64,000 nucleotides of DNA, taken from IMG/VR virus record IMGVR_UViG_3300013713_000001, positions 1 through 64,000 of that record, one strand, 5' to 3'. Within the stretch, counting starts at the first letter, position 1, and each line of letters opens with the position of its first letter. The DNA comes from a virus (lineage: Duplodnaviria; Caudoviricetes). Below the pieces are notes generated by a model. It searched no databases. It saw only the letters and a list, made by a program, of their open reading frames with translations, and was not told where the DNA came from. A program made the translations under genes and the position numbers. Positions 63,152-64,000 of this stretch are shown here, piece after piece.

Positions 63152-63760
63152 TTACGGGACAGTGTATGGGAACATGTCCTCGGGATGGGTCAGTTGCTTG
63201 TAGTTCGTTGGTGGAATCGTCATCAGCCCACCAGGTGCCACCGTCAACGGGATAGACCCACGGGTGTAGGCGTTCATGGTAATCGATAACGTGTTGCCAT
63301 TGACGGTCAGCTCATCGTTACCGATCTTGTACATAAAGCTGCTCTGGAACACTGCACGGGCGTTTGCCTCCAGGGTTTCTGGCATGGTCCGATTCGACAG
63401 TACCATCCCTGGAAGGATCTCGCCTTTAGACAGGTAACCGTAGACCCCTGGCTCCGTTTGCTCCGCCAACGCTTCAATGTTTGGCAACGGCGCTTTAGGG
63501 TTCTTTAATGCGAAGGGTTCCTTCTTTGCCAGGAACGCAGGTAGCCAACGTTGCTGGATACCTTTGAAGTTCCGGTTCTCGGAAGATACCGTGGCGATCT
63601 GAGGTTCAGGAATCCCAGGGACCAGATCCGAGATAGTGATATCCCCAAGTTCAAGCCCTTGGAACAGGACCAGCATCTTGGGGTCGTTCTTGTAACGTTC
63701 TAAGTTGACTTCAACAAACTTGTTAAGAAAAAGGGTTTCGAGTGGAATGATCCCGGCCAT
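63152..63760 (-). CDS. Paralog of the 34860..35441 fibre-island protein
   Basis: ETLFLNKFVEVNLERYKNDP vs DELFLERFIAYNIRRYSSDP; GIQQRWLPA vs GIDQQYLPA; AGGAGG Shine-Dalgarno. Confidence 0.7.
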   Translation of the reverse strand: MAGIIPLETLFLNKFVEVNLERYKNDPKMLVLFQGLELGDITISDLVPGIPEPQIATVSSENRNFKGIQQRWLPAFLAKKEPFALKNPKAPLPNIEALAEQTEPGVYGYLSKGEILPGMVLSNRTMPETLEANARAVFQSSFMYKIGNDELTVNGNTLSITMNAYTRGSIPLTVAPGGLMTIPPTNYKQLTHPEDMFPYTVP

Positions 63761-63820
63761 AATGGGTGCCTCCTATTCAGTATAAGATTGACCCGTGCAG
63801 GCAACAAAAATAAAAGAAAT

Positions 63821-63842
63821 GGAGAGGGTGTTACCCCTCTCC
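63821..63842 (-). terminator. Intrinsic terminator
   Basis: GGAGAGGGT...ACCCTCTCC hairpin with an A-rich run to its left. Confidence 0.65.
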
Positions 63843-63848
63843 TATAAC

Positions 63849-64000
63849 TCAGTGTCCGGTCAGGACAGAACGACCATGCAGCTTGCTCGTATTGAATACC
63901 GAGCTTGCGGTTGCCAGGTACTGAGCGGTCTGGAACCCGCCCTTCAGTGCCGTGATGGTGGCGTACGCGGTATCCCAGACTGCCAGGGCTTCCAGGTCTT
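63849..64000 (-). CDS. 3' end of a gene entering from beyond the window
   Basis: Open frame ...DLEALAVWDTAYATITALKGGFQ...SVLTGH-stop just before the terminator. Confidence 0.45.
   Translation of the reverse strand, partial: DLEALAVWDTAYATITALKGGFQTAQYLATASSVFNTSKLHGRSVLTGH

Overview
This window is 64 kb of a phiKZ-like (nucleus-forming, Chimalliviridae-type) jumbo phage genome; the GH19 domain in the tail protein points to the EL/OBP side of the group, and the host is probably a gammaproteobacterium. Bases 1-30.5 kb are a conserved core block: three split virion RNA polymerase subunits (gp178-, gp180- and gp149-like), a 2701-aa gp181-like tail protein with GH19 and M15-like peptidoglycan hydrolase domains, a UvsX/RecA-like protein, an RNase H-like protein, structural proteins, and a SNF2 helicase carrying an Ala-starting class 3 intein. 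Bases 34.8-52 kb are a plus-strand fibre and receptor-binding island: two paralogous collagen-like fibre plus chaperone cassettes, four gp131-like proteins (one fused to Kelch, LamG and discoidin domains), and a three-gene set whose matching N- and C-terminal motifs suggest an anchor / repeating subunit / cap fibre. That set is the most interesting candidate for an undescribed system. Bases 30.5-34.7 kb and 52-63 kb are minus-strand early accessory operons, each headed by a TATATTAC promoter and separated by a family of CCCTAC...GTAGGG hairpins. All family assignments come from motif recognition and remembered gene order; no database searches were run.
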